Origin: a bacterium
Lineage (GTDB): Bacteria; Patescibacteriota; Minisyncoccia; Phycocordibacterales; Phycocordibacteraceae
Direction of reading: 5' to 3'
DNA: 61,659 bases
Assembly (NCBI GenBank): GCA_021836725.1
Contig: JAKBHL010000014.1
Span: 1-61,659, forward strand
The position numbers were made by a program, and so were the translations under genes. Below are positions 10,268 through 20,114 of the stretch, piece after piece; positions within the stretch are counted from its first letter, which is position 1; each line of letters opens with the position of its first letter. The notes beneath the pieces are model-generated. The model was given only the letters and a program-made list of their open reading frames with translations. It made no database searches and was not told where the DNA came from.

Positions 10268-10711
10268 CTAACGGTTTCTCATGTCGCGCCCCGCTTCCCG
10301 CAGGGCGGTGCGCTTCTTCAAGTCCTCGCGGCGGTCGGCTTTGCCTTTGCCGCGGACGATAGCGATGCGCGCCTTGACGAGCCGGTGTGCAGTATACAAC
10401 TCGATTGGGATGATTGTCAACCCCTTCTTTGATTCAGCGGCGGCGAGCGCGGCTATTTCTTTTTTAGCCAGCAGCAGCCGCCGCGCGCGTTCGGGGTCAT
10501 AGTTCTTCGGCGCATTCGCCGCCTGGTAGGGCGGAACGGTCATGCCGACGATAAACGCCTCGCCGCCGCGCACCACTACTCGCGCGCCCTCGAGGGAGCC
10601 GAGCTTGGCGCGCAGGGCCTTCGCTTCCTGTCCGGACAGCTCGATGCCGGCCGCGAACTCCTCGAGCGGCGCATACTTCAGGAAGAATTTCTTGTTTTCA
10701 ACGAGGATCAT
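10268..10711 (-). CDS. smpB: SsrA-binding protein SmpB
   Basis: ENKK...AGIELSGQEAKALR...ERARRLLLAKKEI...GLTIIPIELY...GKGKADRREDLK. Confidence 0.93.
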   Translation of the reverse strand: MILVENKKFFLKYAPLEEFAAGIELSGQEAKALRAKLGSLEGARVVVRGGEAFIVGMTVPPYQAANAPKNYDPERARRLLLAKKEIAALAAAESKKGLTIIPIELYTAHRLVKARIAIVRGKGKADRREDLKKRTALREAGRDMRNR

Positions 10712-11535
10712 GCGAATAGCTTTTCGATTTCGGCGCGTTTTGCGACGATATCGTCCTGGCCCATCTGGTATGCCTCGGCCACCTTGCGGCGCACCCGGGT
10801 GAACGTCCCGAGCGGAAGCGGATAAGAAGGGCCGATGACCAGTATCTCGACATCGGATGGAAGATGATCCCATTCGGCCCGGGTCATGTCATTCAGGACG
10901 AGCTGCCGGAGCATCGGACGGGAGAGCAGGGCGGAAATCCGGATAAACCACCTCATTGCGCCCTTGAGCTTTATGGTGTTGGTGATGACGAGGATCTTCG
11001 TCGCGCCTTCTTTTCTGGCCTTGCGGATGAGTTCGGCCATATTTATATTCACATCGCCGTCGATGAACGTATGTCCGCCGAGCCGCACGGAGCCGCCGTA
11101 GAGAAACGGGATCGCTTTGGCGGCGCGCATCACTTCATAGGGATCAAACCATGTATCGTTACTGATGTATTCGGTGCGGCCGGTATCGAGATCGGTAACG
11201 GGAACGAACCAGCGCGTCGGCGTCTGCGCGAGCGCGCGTTCGTCGAGCGGCAGCTCTCTCTTCAGAATGGTATCGACGACATAGTCGAGCCGGAGTTTGG
11301 GCGGGAAGACGCGCACGATTTCCGGCGAAGGGATATAGCGCAGCCACACCTTCTCGATCTCGGCGTACTGCCCGGCAAGGTAATAGAACATCGTGCCGAC
11401 CGAGCCCGAAGCGCTCATGAAGATGTCGGGCCGTTTGATGCCGAGTTTTTTTGCGAGCGCGACGAGCGCGCCGGCGGCATACGCGCACTTCATCCCGCCG
11501 CCGCTCGTGACGATCGCCACTTTCTCTTCCTTCAT
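10708..11535 (-). CDS. Patatin-like phospholipase family protein
   Basis: SGGGMKCAYAAG glycine loop, SGSVG elbow, IDGD; stop overlaps the smpB start (ATGA). Confidence 0.8.
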   Translation of the reverse strand: MKEEKVAIVTSGGGMKCAYAAGALVALAKKLGIKRPDIFMSASGSVGTMFYYLAGQYAEIEKVWLRYIPSPEIVRVFPPKLRLDYVVDTILKRELPLDERALAQTPTRWFVPVTDLDTGRTEYISNDTWFDPYEVMRAAKAIPFLYGGSVRLGGHTFIDGDVNINMAELIRKARKEGATKILVITNTIKLKGAMRWFIRISALLSRPMLRQLVLNDMTRAEWDHLPSDVEILVIGPSYPLPLGTFTRVRRKVAEAYQMGQDDIVAKRAEIEKLFA

Positions 11536-11556
11536 GTGCAGAGTATAGTACCTTTC
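11536..11556. promoter_or_regulatory. 21-nt bidirectional -10 promoter (patatin / ftsH)
   Basis: TATAGT 7 nt before the ftsH ATG on +; TATACT 6 nt before the patatin ATG on -. Confidence 0.6.
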
Positions 11557-13512
11557 ATGGCGAGCGCACCACCGAGGAACCCGAAAAAGAAGAACGAGAA
11601 AAAGCCCCTGCTTCCTCTCAAGGGGCGCCGGAGCTTGCGTCTGCACTTGGGCGGCCCTTCCTTTTTCGGCAATCTCGTAACGACGGTTTTGATATTCCTC
11701 CTCCTCATGAGCGCCTATTCGCTTGTCGCCGGCCTCGCACAGCCGTCAAACAGCATCCCGCTCTCGACGGTTGCCGCGGACGTCGCGGCGGGGAAGATAA
11801 GCGCCATTACCGTGAGCGGCAACGCGCTTAGCCTCACCTACACAGATGGCGCGCACAAGACATCGCACAAAGACCCCGCCGCCGGGCTCCCTGAAACGCT
11901 CGCGACCTACGGCGTCACGCCCGCCGAGCTTGCAAAAGTCGCGATAACGATACAAGGACAATCGGGATTCCAGTTCTGGTTCCTCACGCTCGCACCGATC
12001 ATCCTGCCGATTCTTTTCATCGCTTTCCTCTTCTGGTTCCTTTCGCGGCAGGTGCGGGGAGCGGGCATGCAGGCTTTCAGTTTCGGACAGTCGAAGGCGC
12101 GCATCACCGATCCAGCCGATTCCTCGCAGCGCGTTACGTTTGCGGACGTCGCCGGCGCACGGGAAGCGAAGGAAGAGCTTTTCGAAATAGTCGACTTCCT
12201 CAAGAGCCCGAAGAAGTTCCTCGATATCGGCGCGCGCATCCCCAAAGGCATTATCCTCATGGGCGCGCCCGGCACGGGCAAGACGCTCCTTGCGCGCGCG
12301 GTGGCCGGAGAGGCAGGCGTGCCGTTCTTCTCGATCTCCGGTTCGGAATTCGTCGAGATGTTCGTCGGCGTGGGCGCCTCGAGAGTGCGCGATCTCTTTC
12401 AGCTTGCGAAGAAAGCGGCGCCGGCGATCATATTTGTCGATGAAATAGACGCGGTCGGCCGCGTGCGCGGCAGCGGGGTGGGCGGCGGGAACGACGAGCG
12501 CGAACAGACTCTCAATCAGATCCTCGTCGAGATGGACGGTTTCGAGCCGACCGAAAAAGTCGTCGTCATGGCGGCGACCAATCGCCCCGATGTCCTCGAC
12601 CCGGCGCTCTTGCGCCCCGGCCGTTTCGACCGGCGCGTCACCATCGATCTCCCCGACCGTCGCGATCGCGAAGAGATTCTGCGGATCCACGCGCGCAAGA
12701 AGCCTTTCGGACCGGATGTCGACCTCGCGGTCATCGCCGAGCGCACGCCCGGCTTCTCGGGCGCGGAACTTTACTCGCTCATGAATGAGGGGGCGATCCT
12801 CGCTGCCCGCGAAAACCGGAAGGAGATCACGCAATACGACCTCATACGTTCGATAGAGAAGGTCATGCTCGGTCCCGAGCGGAAATCGCACCTGCTCTCA
12901 AAAAAGGAAAAAGAGCTCACCGCCTACCACGAGGCGGGCCACGCCCTCGTTTCCTCGATCCTCCCCAATGCCGATCCGGTGCACAAGATTTCCATCATCA
13001 GCCGCGGCCGCGCGGCCGGGTACACGCTGAAACTTCCTTTCGAAGACAAGAAGATGCAATCGAGAAAACAATTCCTCGACGACATCGCCGCGACCTTGGG
13101 CGGCTACGTCGCGGAAGAAATGCTGTTCGACGACGTAACGACCGGCCCCTCAAACGATCTCATGGTCATCACGGCGCTTGCCCGCGACATGGTCGTGCGC
13201 TACGGCATGAGCGAGAAAATGGGACCCATAGCGTTCGGCGAGCGGCAGCTCGGGAATGAACCGTATTCCGAATACGTTGCGGCGCAAATCGACGCGGAAG
13301 TCACCCGCATCATCGAGGGAGCAAAAGCGCGCGCGATGCACGTCATCAGCACCCATCGCGGCGCGCTTGACGCCATCGCCCGCGAGCTTGTCGAGAAAGA
13401 GACCATCGAGCGCGACGATTTCGAAAAAATACTGATTGCAAACGGCATTACGCCAAAGAAGCGCGAGGAAGAGGGCATCCTCATCGCGCCCTCTTCAGAC
13501 GGCGTCGTATAA
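11557..13512 (+). CDS. ftsH: ATP-dependent zinc metalloprotease FtsH
   Basis: Two TM segments; [28 protein letters not shown]. Confidence 0.96.
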   Translation: MASAPPRNPKKKNEKKPLLPLKGRRSLRLHLGGPSFFGNLVTTVLIFLLLMSAYSLVAGLAQPSNSIPLSTVAADVAAGKISAITVSGNALSLTYTDGAHKTSHKDPAAGLPETLATYGVTPAELAKVAITIQGQSGFQFWFLTLAPIILPILFIAFLFWFLSRQVRGAGMQAFSFGQSKARITDPADSSQRVTFADVAGAREAKEELFEIVDFLKSPKKFLDIGARIPKGIILMGAPGTGKTLLARAVAGEAGVPFFSISGSEFVEMFVGVGASRVRDLFQLAKKAAPAIIFVDEIDAVGRVRGSGVGGGNDEREQTLNQILVEMDGFEPTEKVVVMAATNRPDVLDPALLRPGRFDRRVTIDLPDRRDREEILRIHARKKPFGPDVDLAVIAERTPGFSGAELYSLMNEGAILAARENRKEITQYDLIRSIEKVMLGPERKSHLLSKKEKELTAYHEAGHALVSSILPNADPVHKISIISRGRAAGYTLKLPFEDKKMQSRKQFLDDIAATLGGYVAEEMLFDDVTTGPSNDLMVITALARDMVVRYGMSEKMGPIAFGERQLGNEPYSEYVAAQIDAEVTRIIEGAKARAMHVISTHRGALDAIARELVEKETIERDDFEKILIANGITPKKREEEGILIAPSSDGVV

Positions 13513-13523
13513 ACCATGCTTAG

Positions 13524-13596
13524 TGGGCGTGCCTGGACTCGAACCAGGAACCGCGGAGGTATAAGCTCCGTGCTCTAACCATTGAGCTACACGCCC
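13524..13596 (-). tRNA. tRNA-Ile with UAU anticodon
   Basis: Cloverleaf GGGCGTG...CACGCCC-A; anticodon arm CGGAG-CTTATAC-CTCCG; T-loop TTCGAGT. Confidence 0.9.
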
Positions 13597-13638
13597 TTAT
13601 CGGAGAACAGTACCGACTCATACCACTCTAGCGCACGA

Positions 13639-15801
13639 CTACTCCAGATGCATCTCTTCGCCCGCAGCGCGAGCGCGGAGCGCGAGCGCCGGGTGATTCT
13701 TCAGCGCCGGGTCTTTCGCGATGAGCTGCGTCGCTTCGGCGCGCGCTGCCTCCACGAGCTTGATGTTTTTGAGCGCTTCCATCGCGATGTCCGAAACGCC
13801 CCACTGTTTCCCGCCCGCAAGCTCGCCCGCTCCGCGAAGCGCGAGGTCATATTCGGCGAGCTCAAAGCCGTTTTTCGCGCTTGTGAAGGCCTTGAGGCGG
13901 TCTTTCGTGTTTTGGCCGAACGATTCCGGCAGCGCGAAACAGTACGATTGGTGTGTGGAGCGAATAACGCGCCCGCGCAGCTGGTGGAGCTGGGCCAACC
14001 CGAAGCGCTCGGCGCCCTCGATGAGGATGACGGTCGCGTTCGGAACGTTCACGCCCACTTCGACAACCGACGTCGCGACGAGTATCTGCGTCTCTCCGCT
14101 CTCGAATTTCTTCATCGTCTCCTCTTTTTCCGCCGGCCGCATCCGGCTGTGGAGTATGCCGATGGTCGCGTCAGGAAACACTTCTTTTTTCAGGCGTGCG
14201 GCCTCCGCTTTGACTGATTTTGCGGCAAGCGCGAGTTCTTTTGCCGGATCGGGTTCGTCAATGCGCGGACAGATGACATACGCTTGGCGGCCCCTCGCGA
14301 GCTCTTCGCGCACTCGCGCATAGGCGTTCTCGCGTTTCTCGGGCCCGAGCACTTCAGTCACGATCGGCTTTCTTCCTACCGGCATCTCGTCGAGCAGCGT
14401 GAGATCAAGGTCGCCGTAGATGGTGAGCGCAAGCGTGCGCGGGATCGGCGTCGCGGTCATCGAGAGCAGATGCGGCGCAAGCGCGTCTTTGGTTACGAGT
14501 TTTTTCCGATGCACGGTGCCGAAGCGATGCTGTTCGTCGATGATGGCGTAGGAAAGATGCTTAAACACGAGCGATTTTTCGATGAGCGCGTGCGTGCCGA
14601 TGACAATCGGTATCTGGCCATTGCCAACCATCTTTTTGAACGCCGCTTTTGAGAGCTTCGCCGATTCCTCATACCGCACCCGCGAAGGGAACTTCCGGCA
14701 TTCGCTTCCGGTGATGAGTCCGATGGGGATGGGATGATCCTTGAAATACGAGACGAAGGTGGAGAAGTGCTGCTTGGCGAGGATTTCGGTCGGGCAAAGA
14801 TACGCGACCTGGAGCGTGCCGGCGATGCGCCCTTCCGGAAGAGACGTCGCGACAAGGTAGGCGGTAGCCGCCGCAACCGCGGTCTTCCCGCTCCCCACGT
14901 CGCCTTCGAGAAGACGCAGCATCGGATGCGATTTCTCGAAATCGCGGGTGATAGCGTCAATCGCGCGCGTCTGCGCATCCGTTATCGGGAAAGGAAATGA
15001 TGCGACGAAGCTCGCGAGCGCGCCGCGGTCGACCTGCACCCGAAGCGCGCGCTCGCGAGAGAGCGTATGGCGCCGTTTTTGGAGCAGCGTCTGAAGCGCG
15101 AAAACCTCCTCAAAGGCGAAACGCTTGCGCGCCGCCATCGCGTCCTCAATCCGCCGCGGCGCGTGAATGAAGACAAGCGCGGAAGCGAGCGAGGGCAGGT
15201 TGTAGCGCTCGAGGATTTCTCGGGGGATCGGGTCCTCCATGCGCTCATGCACATGCGCCTCAAACACGCGTCGCAGCGCATGGTGCAGCCAGAGCGAAGA
15301 GATGCCCTGGCTTTCCGGGTATACCGGGGAAAGTTCGGCGGGAACCGCAGTGCCCGTGGCGAATAAAGAGTCATGGATTGCTTCCGGAGCGACGGGCGAG
15401 GCATCGATTCCCGGATTGGCGAGATACGTCTTTGCGCCGGTACCCGCCACGCGTCCCGTCACTTTTACCTGCATGCCGTCATGCAGGGTTTTCGCGATAT
15501 AGGGCTGGCTGAACCACATCATCTTTATTTTCCCCGACGCATCCTCAAGCCACGCTTCGGCGATTGGCCGCCTGCTTTTCCACGTCTTGCGTATGTCGGG
15601 TTTCCGCACGGTCCCGTAGAGCGTCACTTCCTCGCCCGCCGCCGCCGCGGCGATAGTGCCGGTCGCTCCCGCATTTTCGTAGCGCGCGGGAAAGTGGTAA
15701 AGCAGATCGCGAATGGTACGCACGCCGAGCTTCGTGAGCGCGCGTTTCTGTTCGCTCTTCAATCGCGTAAATTGCAGGACGACAGCATCCCCCGGATTCA
15801 T
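13639..15801 (-). CDS. recG: ATP-dependent DNA helicase RecG
   Basis: OB wedge domain; LLEGDVGSGKT, IIDEQHRFG, MTATPIPRT, LHQLRGRV. Confidence 0.95.
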   Translation of the reverse strand: MNPGDAVVLQFTRLKSEQKRALTKLGVRTIRDLLYHFPARYENAGATGTIAAAAAGEEVTLYGTVRKPDIRKTWKSRRPIAEAWLEDASGKIKMMWFSQPYIAKTLHDGMQVKVTGRVAGTGAKTYLANPGIDASPVAPEAIHDSLFATGTAVPAELSPVYPESQGISSLWLHHALRRVFEAHVHERMEDPIPREILERYNLPSLASALVFIHAPRRIEDAMAARKRFAFEEVFALQTLLQKRRHTLSRERALRVQVDRGALASFVASFPFPITDAQTRAIDAITRDFEKSHPMLRLLEGDVGSGKTAVAAATAYLVATSLPEGRIAGTLQVAYLCPTEILAKQHFSTFVSYFKDHPIPIGLITGSECRKFPSRVRYEESAKLSKAAFKKMVGNGQIPIVIGTHALIEKSLVFKHLSYAIIDEQHRFGTVHRKKLVTKDALAPHLLSMTATPIPRTLALTIYGDLDLTLLDEMPVGRKPIVTEVLGPEKRENAYARVREELARGRQAYVICPRIDEPDPAKELALAAKSVKAEAARLKKEVFPDATIGILHSRMRPAEKEETMKKFESGETQILVATSVVEVGVNVPNATVILIEGAERFGLAQLHQLRGRVIRSTHQSYCFALPESFGQNTKDRLKAFTSAKNGFELAEYDLALRGAGELAGGKQWGVSDIAMEALKNIKLVEAARAEATQLIAKDPALKNHPALALRARAAGEEMHLE

Positions 15802-15822
15802 TCCCGTAGTATACTAGGACGC
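15802..15822. promoter_or_regulatory. 21-nt bidirectional -10 promoter (recG / membrane protein)
   Basis: Palindromic AGTATACT gives TATACT 7 nt (+) and 6 nt (-) upstream of the two ATGs. Confidence 0.65.
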
Positions 15823-16245
15823 ATGAAGAAGGGGCGCATAGGCAGTCTTTACCACGCATTCGTAGTGTTTCCCGATACCGTGTATCCTTTCAAGACGAAC
15901 GTAGCGGGGGAGTGGGTGCGCGGTGTCCGTTCCTACGACGCAGCTGTCAGGCGTTATCAGCGAAAGTACGGTATCGGGCGTTACGGGTACAAACTTGCCG
16001 CCTATCGGCAGGTCTTCCATCTCGCCGGTTCGCTCCTTGTCATATACATGGCAACCCTGCTCGCGCTCGATTTTCTCGGGAGCCGCGCCGCGCTCGCTCT
16101 TGTACTCCTCTTTGCGACTGTTTTGATTTCCTATCAGGAATTCTTTTTTCAACGGAGGCGGTATCGCCAGCACTGGACGAAGGCCGTTACCGACTGGTTC
16201 GTCTGGTGCGCGCCCATGGGCGCGTATCTCTTTTTCCTGCGCTAA
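15823..16245 (+). CDS. Hypothetical membrane protein
   Basis: Start moved to MKKGRIG; 2-3 TM segments in the C-terminal half. Confidence 0.7.
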   Translation: MKKGRIGSLYHAFVVFPDTVYPFKTNVAGEWVRGVRSYDAAVRRYQRKYGIGRYGYKLAAYRQVFHLAGSLLVIYMATLLALDFLGSRAALALVLLFATVLISYQEFFFQRRRYRQHWTKAVTDWFVWCAPMGAYLFFLR

Positions 16246-16271
16246 GGCGCATTCCGTGGTATAATCGCCGC

Positions 16272-16832
16272 ATGTCTATCACCGTCATCATCCTTATCAT
16301 CCTTGCGGTTATCGTGCTCTGGGCCGTTTTTTCTTACAACAGTCTCATCGCGCTTACTAACCATGCGAAAGAGGCGTGGGCCGACATCAATGTGCAGCTC
16401 AAGCGCCGCTACGACCTTATCCCCAATCTTGTCGAGTCCGTGAAAGGCTATGCCGCGCACGAAAAGACCACGTTCGAGGACGTAACCGAAGCGCGCACGA
16501 GGGCGATGAGCGCTTCCGGCGCCGCAGACAAAGCCGCAGCCGAAAATGCGCTCGCCGGCACGCTAAAGTCGCTTTTCGCCGTCGCGGAAAACTATCCGGA
16601 ACTCAAAGCGAACGAAAACTTCCTTCAGCTCCAGAGAGAACTCTCCGACACCGAGGACAAAATCCAGGCGGCACGGCGTTTCTACAACACGACCGTCATG
16701 TCGCTCAACACCGCCGAGCAGTCATTTCCCGCCAACATCATCGCTTCCTCTTTCGGATTCAAACCGATGGATCTTTTCGAGCTTTCCACAAATGATGCGG
16801 CGGCGTCCGAACCGGTGAAAGTGCAGTTTTAA
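16272..16832 (+). CDS. lemA: LemA family protein
   Basis: N-terminal TM; INVQLKRRYDLIPNLVE; ENYPELKANENF; ARRFYN. Confidence 0.93.
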   Translation: MSITVIILIILAVIVLWAVFSYNSLIALTNHAKEAWADINVQLKRRYDLIPNLVESVKGYAAHEKTTFEDVTEARTRAMSASGAADKAAAENALAGTLKSLFAVAENYPELKANENFLQLQRELSDTEDKIQAARRFYNTTVMSLNTAEQSFPANIIASSFGFKPMDLFELSTNDAAASEPVKVQF

Positions 16833-16842
16833 TCCCAACTCC

Positions 16843-17508
16843 ATGGAATCCGCACATCGACGGCGAGGTGCCCAAGGCAGCATCGAGACTCCCGAAAGCG
16901 AACAGGAGGCCTTGAAGCAAAGAGTGGAACAGCTTGAAGGCGAGAATACGCTTCTCAAAGAACGCATCAAGCACCTGGAAAGCCAGCTCGGCATAGATCA
17001 GCTTACCGGCACGAGCAACCGCGGCGTTTTTGAAAATGAGCTCGAGCGCTCTCTCAAAATCATTCGCGGGGAAACGGAGGAGCATCGCTCGACTGCGGAG
17101 CACCACAAAGAGATTTCTCTGATTTTTGTCGACCTCGATCACTTCAAGCAGATCAACGATACCTATGGCCACCCGGCCGGCGACGAAGTGCTGCGGAAAG
17201 TATCCGCGCTTCTCATGGACTCCGTCCGCGAGACGGACATCGTGGCGCGCGTCGGCGGGGAGGAGTTCGTCGTGCTCATGCGCGGCGCCGATGAGTCAGT
17301 CGCTGCGCGCGACGCGGAGGATTTCCGCATGAAAATCTCGCAGATGGAATTCGAAAATTACCCGGATCTGCAAGTGACCGCAAGCTTCGGCGTCTCTTCG
17401 TCAGAAAGCTCGCAATTGGCAAAAGACTTATATGAAAAAGCTGATAAGGCCCTGTATGAAGCAAAACGATCCGGTCGGAATCGGGTCATAGTAGCCGGAA
17501 AAATATGA
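16843..17508 (+). CDS. GGDEF-domain diguanylate cyclase with N-terminal coiled coil
   Basis: DQLTG, DLDHFKQINDTYGHPAGDEVL, RETD I-site, GGEEF, ADKALYEAKRSGRNR. Confidence 0.92.
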   Translation: MESAHRRRGAQGSIETPESEQEALKQRVEQLEGENTLLKERIKHLESQLGIDQLTGTSNRGVFENELERSLKIIRGETEEHRSTAEHHKEISLIFVDLDHFKQINDTYGHPAGDEVLRKVSALLMDSVRETDIVARVGGEEFVVLMRGADESVAARDAEDFRMKISQMEFENYPDLQVTASFGVSSSESSQLAKDLYEKADKALYEAKRSGRNRVIVAGKI

Positions 17509-18395
17509 ACCTCTACGCCGAACGCACCGCAAATATCCGCCGGACGTGGGCACTGGTGCTCGGGTTTTTAATCGTAGTCATTGCGATCGGGTACATTGTT
17601 TCCTGGTATTACGGCAATCCGTTCATCCTCTTCATTGCAGTCATCATTGCCGTAGCGACGAACTTTTACGCGTATTGGGCTTCGGACAAGCTGGTGCTCT
17701 CTCTGAACCATGCTCGACCCGCGACCCGCGAGGAATTTTTTGATTTCTATACCGTCACCGAGAATCTTTCGATTACAGCAGGGCTTCCGAAGCCAAAGCT
17801 CTACGTAATCGACGACCCGGCGCCAAACGCGTTTGCGACCGGCCGCGACGAGAAACATGCGGTTGTCTGCGCGACGACCGGGCTCCTTGCGATGATGACG
17901 CGTCCCGAGCTCGAAGGTGTTATCGGCCACGAGCTTTCGCACATTAAAAACCGCGATATGCTTCTCATGACACTCGCAGTCGTGCTCGCAGGCTTCGTTG
18001 CCATCATCGCGAACATCTTTCTGAATATTTCTTTCTGGGGAGGCGATCGCCGCGACTCGAATGGAAACGCCGTTCTCATGATCCTTGCCGTCGTCGGCAT
18101 CGTGCTCGCGCCGCTCGCCGCGAAACTTATCGAACTCGCCGTCTCGCGGCGGCGCGAGTATCTCGCGGATGCTTCGGGCGTCCTACTCACGCGGTATCCC
18201 GAAGGGCTCGCCTCCGCGCTGCGGAAAATAGGCGGTTACGCGGCGCCGATGCAAAATGCGAATCTCGCAACCGCACATCTTTTTATCGGCGATCCCTTCG
18301 GGGCAAAGTCGGGCGGAAGTTCCGGATGGATCGAGCGCATGTTCTCCACGCATCCGCCGATTCAAGAAAGAATCCAGGCTCTGCTTGGAAAATAA
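17505..18395 (+). CDS. htpX: M48 zinc metalloprotease HtpX
   Basis: PNAFATGR, HELSH, SRRREYLAD, FSTHPP. Confidence 0.93.
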   Translation: MNLYAERTANIRRTWALVLGFLIVVIAIGYIVSWYYGNPFILFIAVIIAVATNFYAYWASDKLVLSLNHARPATREEFFDFYTVTENLSITAGLPKPKLYVIDDPAPNAFATGRDEKHAVVCATTGLLAMMTRPELEGVIGHELSHIKNRDMLLMTLAVVLAGFVAIIANIFLNISFWGGDRRDSNGNAVLMILAVVGIVLAPLAAKLIELAVSRRREYLADASGVLLTRYPEGLASALRKIGGYAAPMQNANLATAHLFIGDPFGAKSGGSSGWIERMFSTHPPIQERIQALLGK

Positions 18396-18407
18396 AAGCA
18401 TCCGGTG

Positions 18408-20054
18408 CTATAACAAGACGCATACGGACTCTCGACAGGGTCCCGAAGCAGGAGGCGTCGGATAGGGGTTTATTCCACCACCTTGGAAAGGTGGCAGGCT
18501 CGAAAGGGTCTCGAGAGTTCGAATCTCTCCGCCTCCGCAGATTGAAACTTCCCCTGGTGTGAGGGGCGCCGCGCGAAGCGCGGCGGAGGGGCGCTCGGGC
18601 AGACAACCGCGCCGCGTAGCGGCGAATGTGAATGGGGCGGCAACCGAAAAGCGCGGGGATGCGGCGTCCAAAACGGGGTTCGTTCCAACTTTCAGCACAA
18701 AACGCTTCAGCGCGCCCAAGTCGCCTGCTGAACTCAAGAAAGCGGCTTGTTTCATATCCAAAATCCATTCCCGCAGGGGTTCGACCCGATTCTTTCTCCC
18801 GCGTTCAACATCTTTCAATTCTGCACGTAAAGCGGCGAGAGAGCGCATCAAGGCGTCCTTCTTGGCGAGATAAATATCTTTTGGCACATCGCCATCGAGA
18901 TACGCCGAGACCAGTCTCTCCATGCGCTCCTCGTCCGCTTTGATCGATTCTGAAAGATGCTGAACCTCGCTTTGCGACGCCCCGACTTCTTCGCGCTCCC
19001 ATCTCTGCACTTCCGCGAGCATCCAGTCGGTGTACCGATCGCAAAGCGAGATTGATTGAAGCCGTGCTCGTATATGGTCGGCGAGGGCACTTTCCTGCAC
19101 ATACGGCTGTCCACATGCACCGCGCTTCTTGGAACAGCGATAGTACCGATAGCGGCCGCCGCACTTGCCGGTCGTCCACTGTGCGCTAATCATCCCGCCG
19201 CACTCACCACAGCGGAAGAGTCCCGTGAGCGGGAAATCGTGCTTCACCCGGCGAGAGCGCGGACGCTCCTTGCCCTCGACGACTTTCCGCACGGCTTCAA
19301 ACAATGCGGGAGTTAGAATCGGCTCAAAGCTTCCCTCAAACCATTCGCCATCGTGTTTGATGAAGCCGAGATACGCTCGATTGGTCAGCAGCCGTTTGAG
19401 GGAAGCTTTGGCAAGTGGCGTGCCATATTTCGTCACCACGCCCAAGTCCGCCAAAAATGCGCCGAGCGAGATGAGTGAGTGCGTCCCTTTGGCGTATTCC
19501 TCGTATGCGAGCTTCACGATACGCGCATTGGTCGGATGTGGCTCGATATTCCTCACGCGCGGATTGTTCTCATAGCCAAAGGGCGCACGATTGAGCCACT
19601 CGCCTCGGCGCAATTTCTGGCGGACGCCGCGCTTGATGTTCTCGCTCAAATTGTCTGAATAATATTTCGATTGCCCGAACGCCACTTGCAACATAAAGAG
19701 CCCCTGCGGGGTTGGAGAGAACCAAAAAGTCGGAAAGCGTAAAGACACGATCTTCGCGGTGTCCACGGCGTAGATGACGCGCCCACCGTCAATCGAGTTG
19801 CGTGCCAAACGGTCGGGGTGCCACGCGAGGATGCCCTGTGCCTCTCCCGCCTCAATGCGCGCCATCATCTCGCTGAACACCGTGCGTCCGGGCGTCTTTG
19901 CGCTTCTCGACTCTTGAAACTCCGCTAGGATTTCAAAATTTTCTTTACGCGCCAACTCGCGTAACTCTACGAGCTGCGCTTCAATACTCATCACCTGGCG
20001 GTCGTCATCCTCCGTCGATTTGCGCGCGTATAGAAAATATTTTGGTTCTCTCAT
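18408..20054 (-). CDS. Large serine recombinase (resolvase, recombinase and Zn-ribbon domains, coiled coil)
   Basis: LYARKSTEDDDRQVMSIEAQ; WHPDRLARN; CGECG...YYRC; the 3' end reads through attL and antisense across tRNA-Ser. Confidence 0.95.
   Translation of the reverse strand: MREPKYFLYARKSTEDDDRQVMSIEAQLVELRELARKENFEILAEFQESRSAKTPGRTVFSEMMARIEAGEAQGILAWHPDRLARNSIDGGRVIYAVDTAKIVSLRFPTFWFSPTPQGLFMLQVAFGQSKYYSDNLSENIKRGVRQKLRRGEWLNRAPFGYENNPRVRNIEPHPTNARIVKLAYEEYAKGTHSLISLGAFLADLGVVTKYGTPLAKASLKRLLTNRAYLGFIKHDGEWFEGSFEPILTPALFEAVRKVVEGKERPRSRRVKHDFPLTGLFRCGECGGMISAQWTTGKCGGRYRYYRCSKKRGACGQPYVQESALADHIRARLQSISLCDRYTDWMLAEVQRWEREEVGASQSEVQHLSESIKADEERMERLVSAYLDGDVPKDIYLAKKDALMRSLAALRAELKDVERGRKNRVEPLREWILDMKQAAFLSSAGDLGALKRFVLKVGTNPVLDAASPRFSVAAPFTFAATRRGCLPERPSAALRAAPLTPGEVSICGGGEIRTLETLSSLPPFQGGGINPYPTPPASGPCRESVCVLL
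18451..18537 (+). tRNA. tRNA-Ser(GGA); integration target
   Basis: GGAGGCG...CGCCTCC-G; anticodon arm CCACC-TTGGAAA-GGTGG; long variable arm. Confidence 0.93.
18535..18641 (+). repeat. att arm Y (107 bp), inverted copy of 20115-20221
   Basis: Base-by-base reverse-complement identity read by eye. Confidence 0.9.
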
Positions 20055-20114
20055 AAATAGATTTGGATTTGAAACAAGCGCTGTATCCCCGCGTCTTTTC
20101 GGTCTTGCCTTGCC

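Noticed and set aside
10864-11556. 5' extension of the ftsH ORF (882 aa)
   Set aside because: It is the antisense shadow of the patatin gene; the FtsH-like sequence and the -10 box point to ATG 11557
13582-14217. Long plus-strand ORFs opposite recG, and similar shadows opposite typA, ftsH, valS and nrdJ
   Set aside because: Stop-poor antisense frames expected in GC-rich coding DNA; no recognisable motifs
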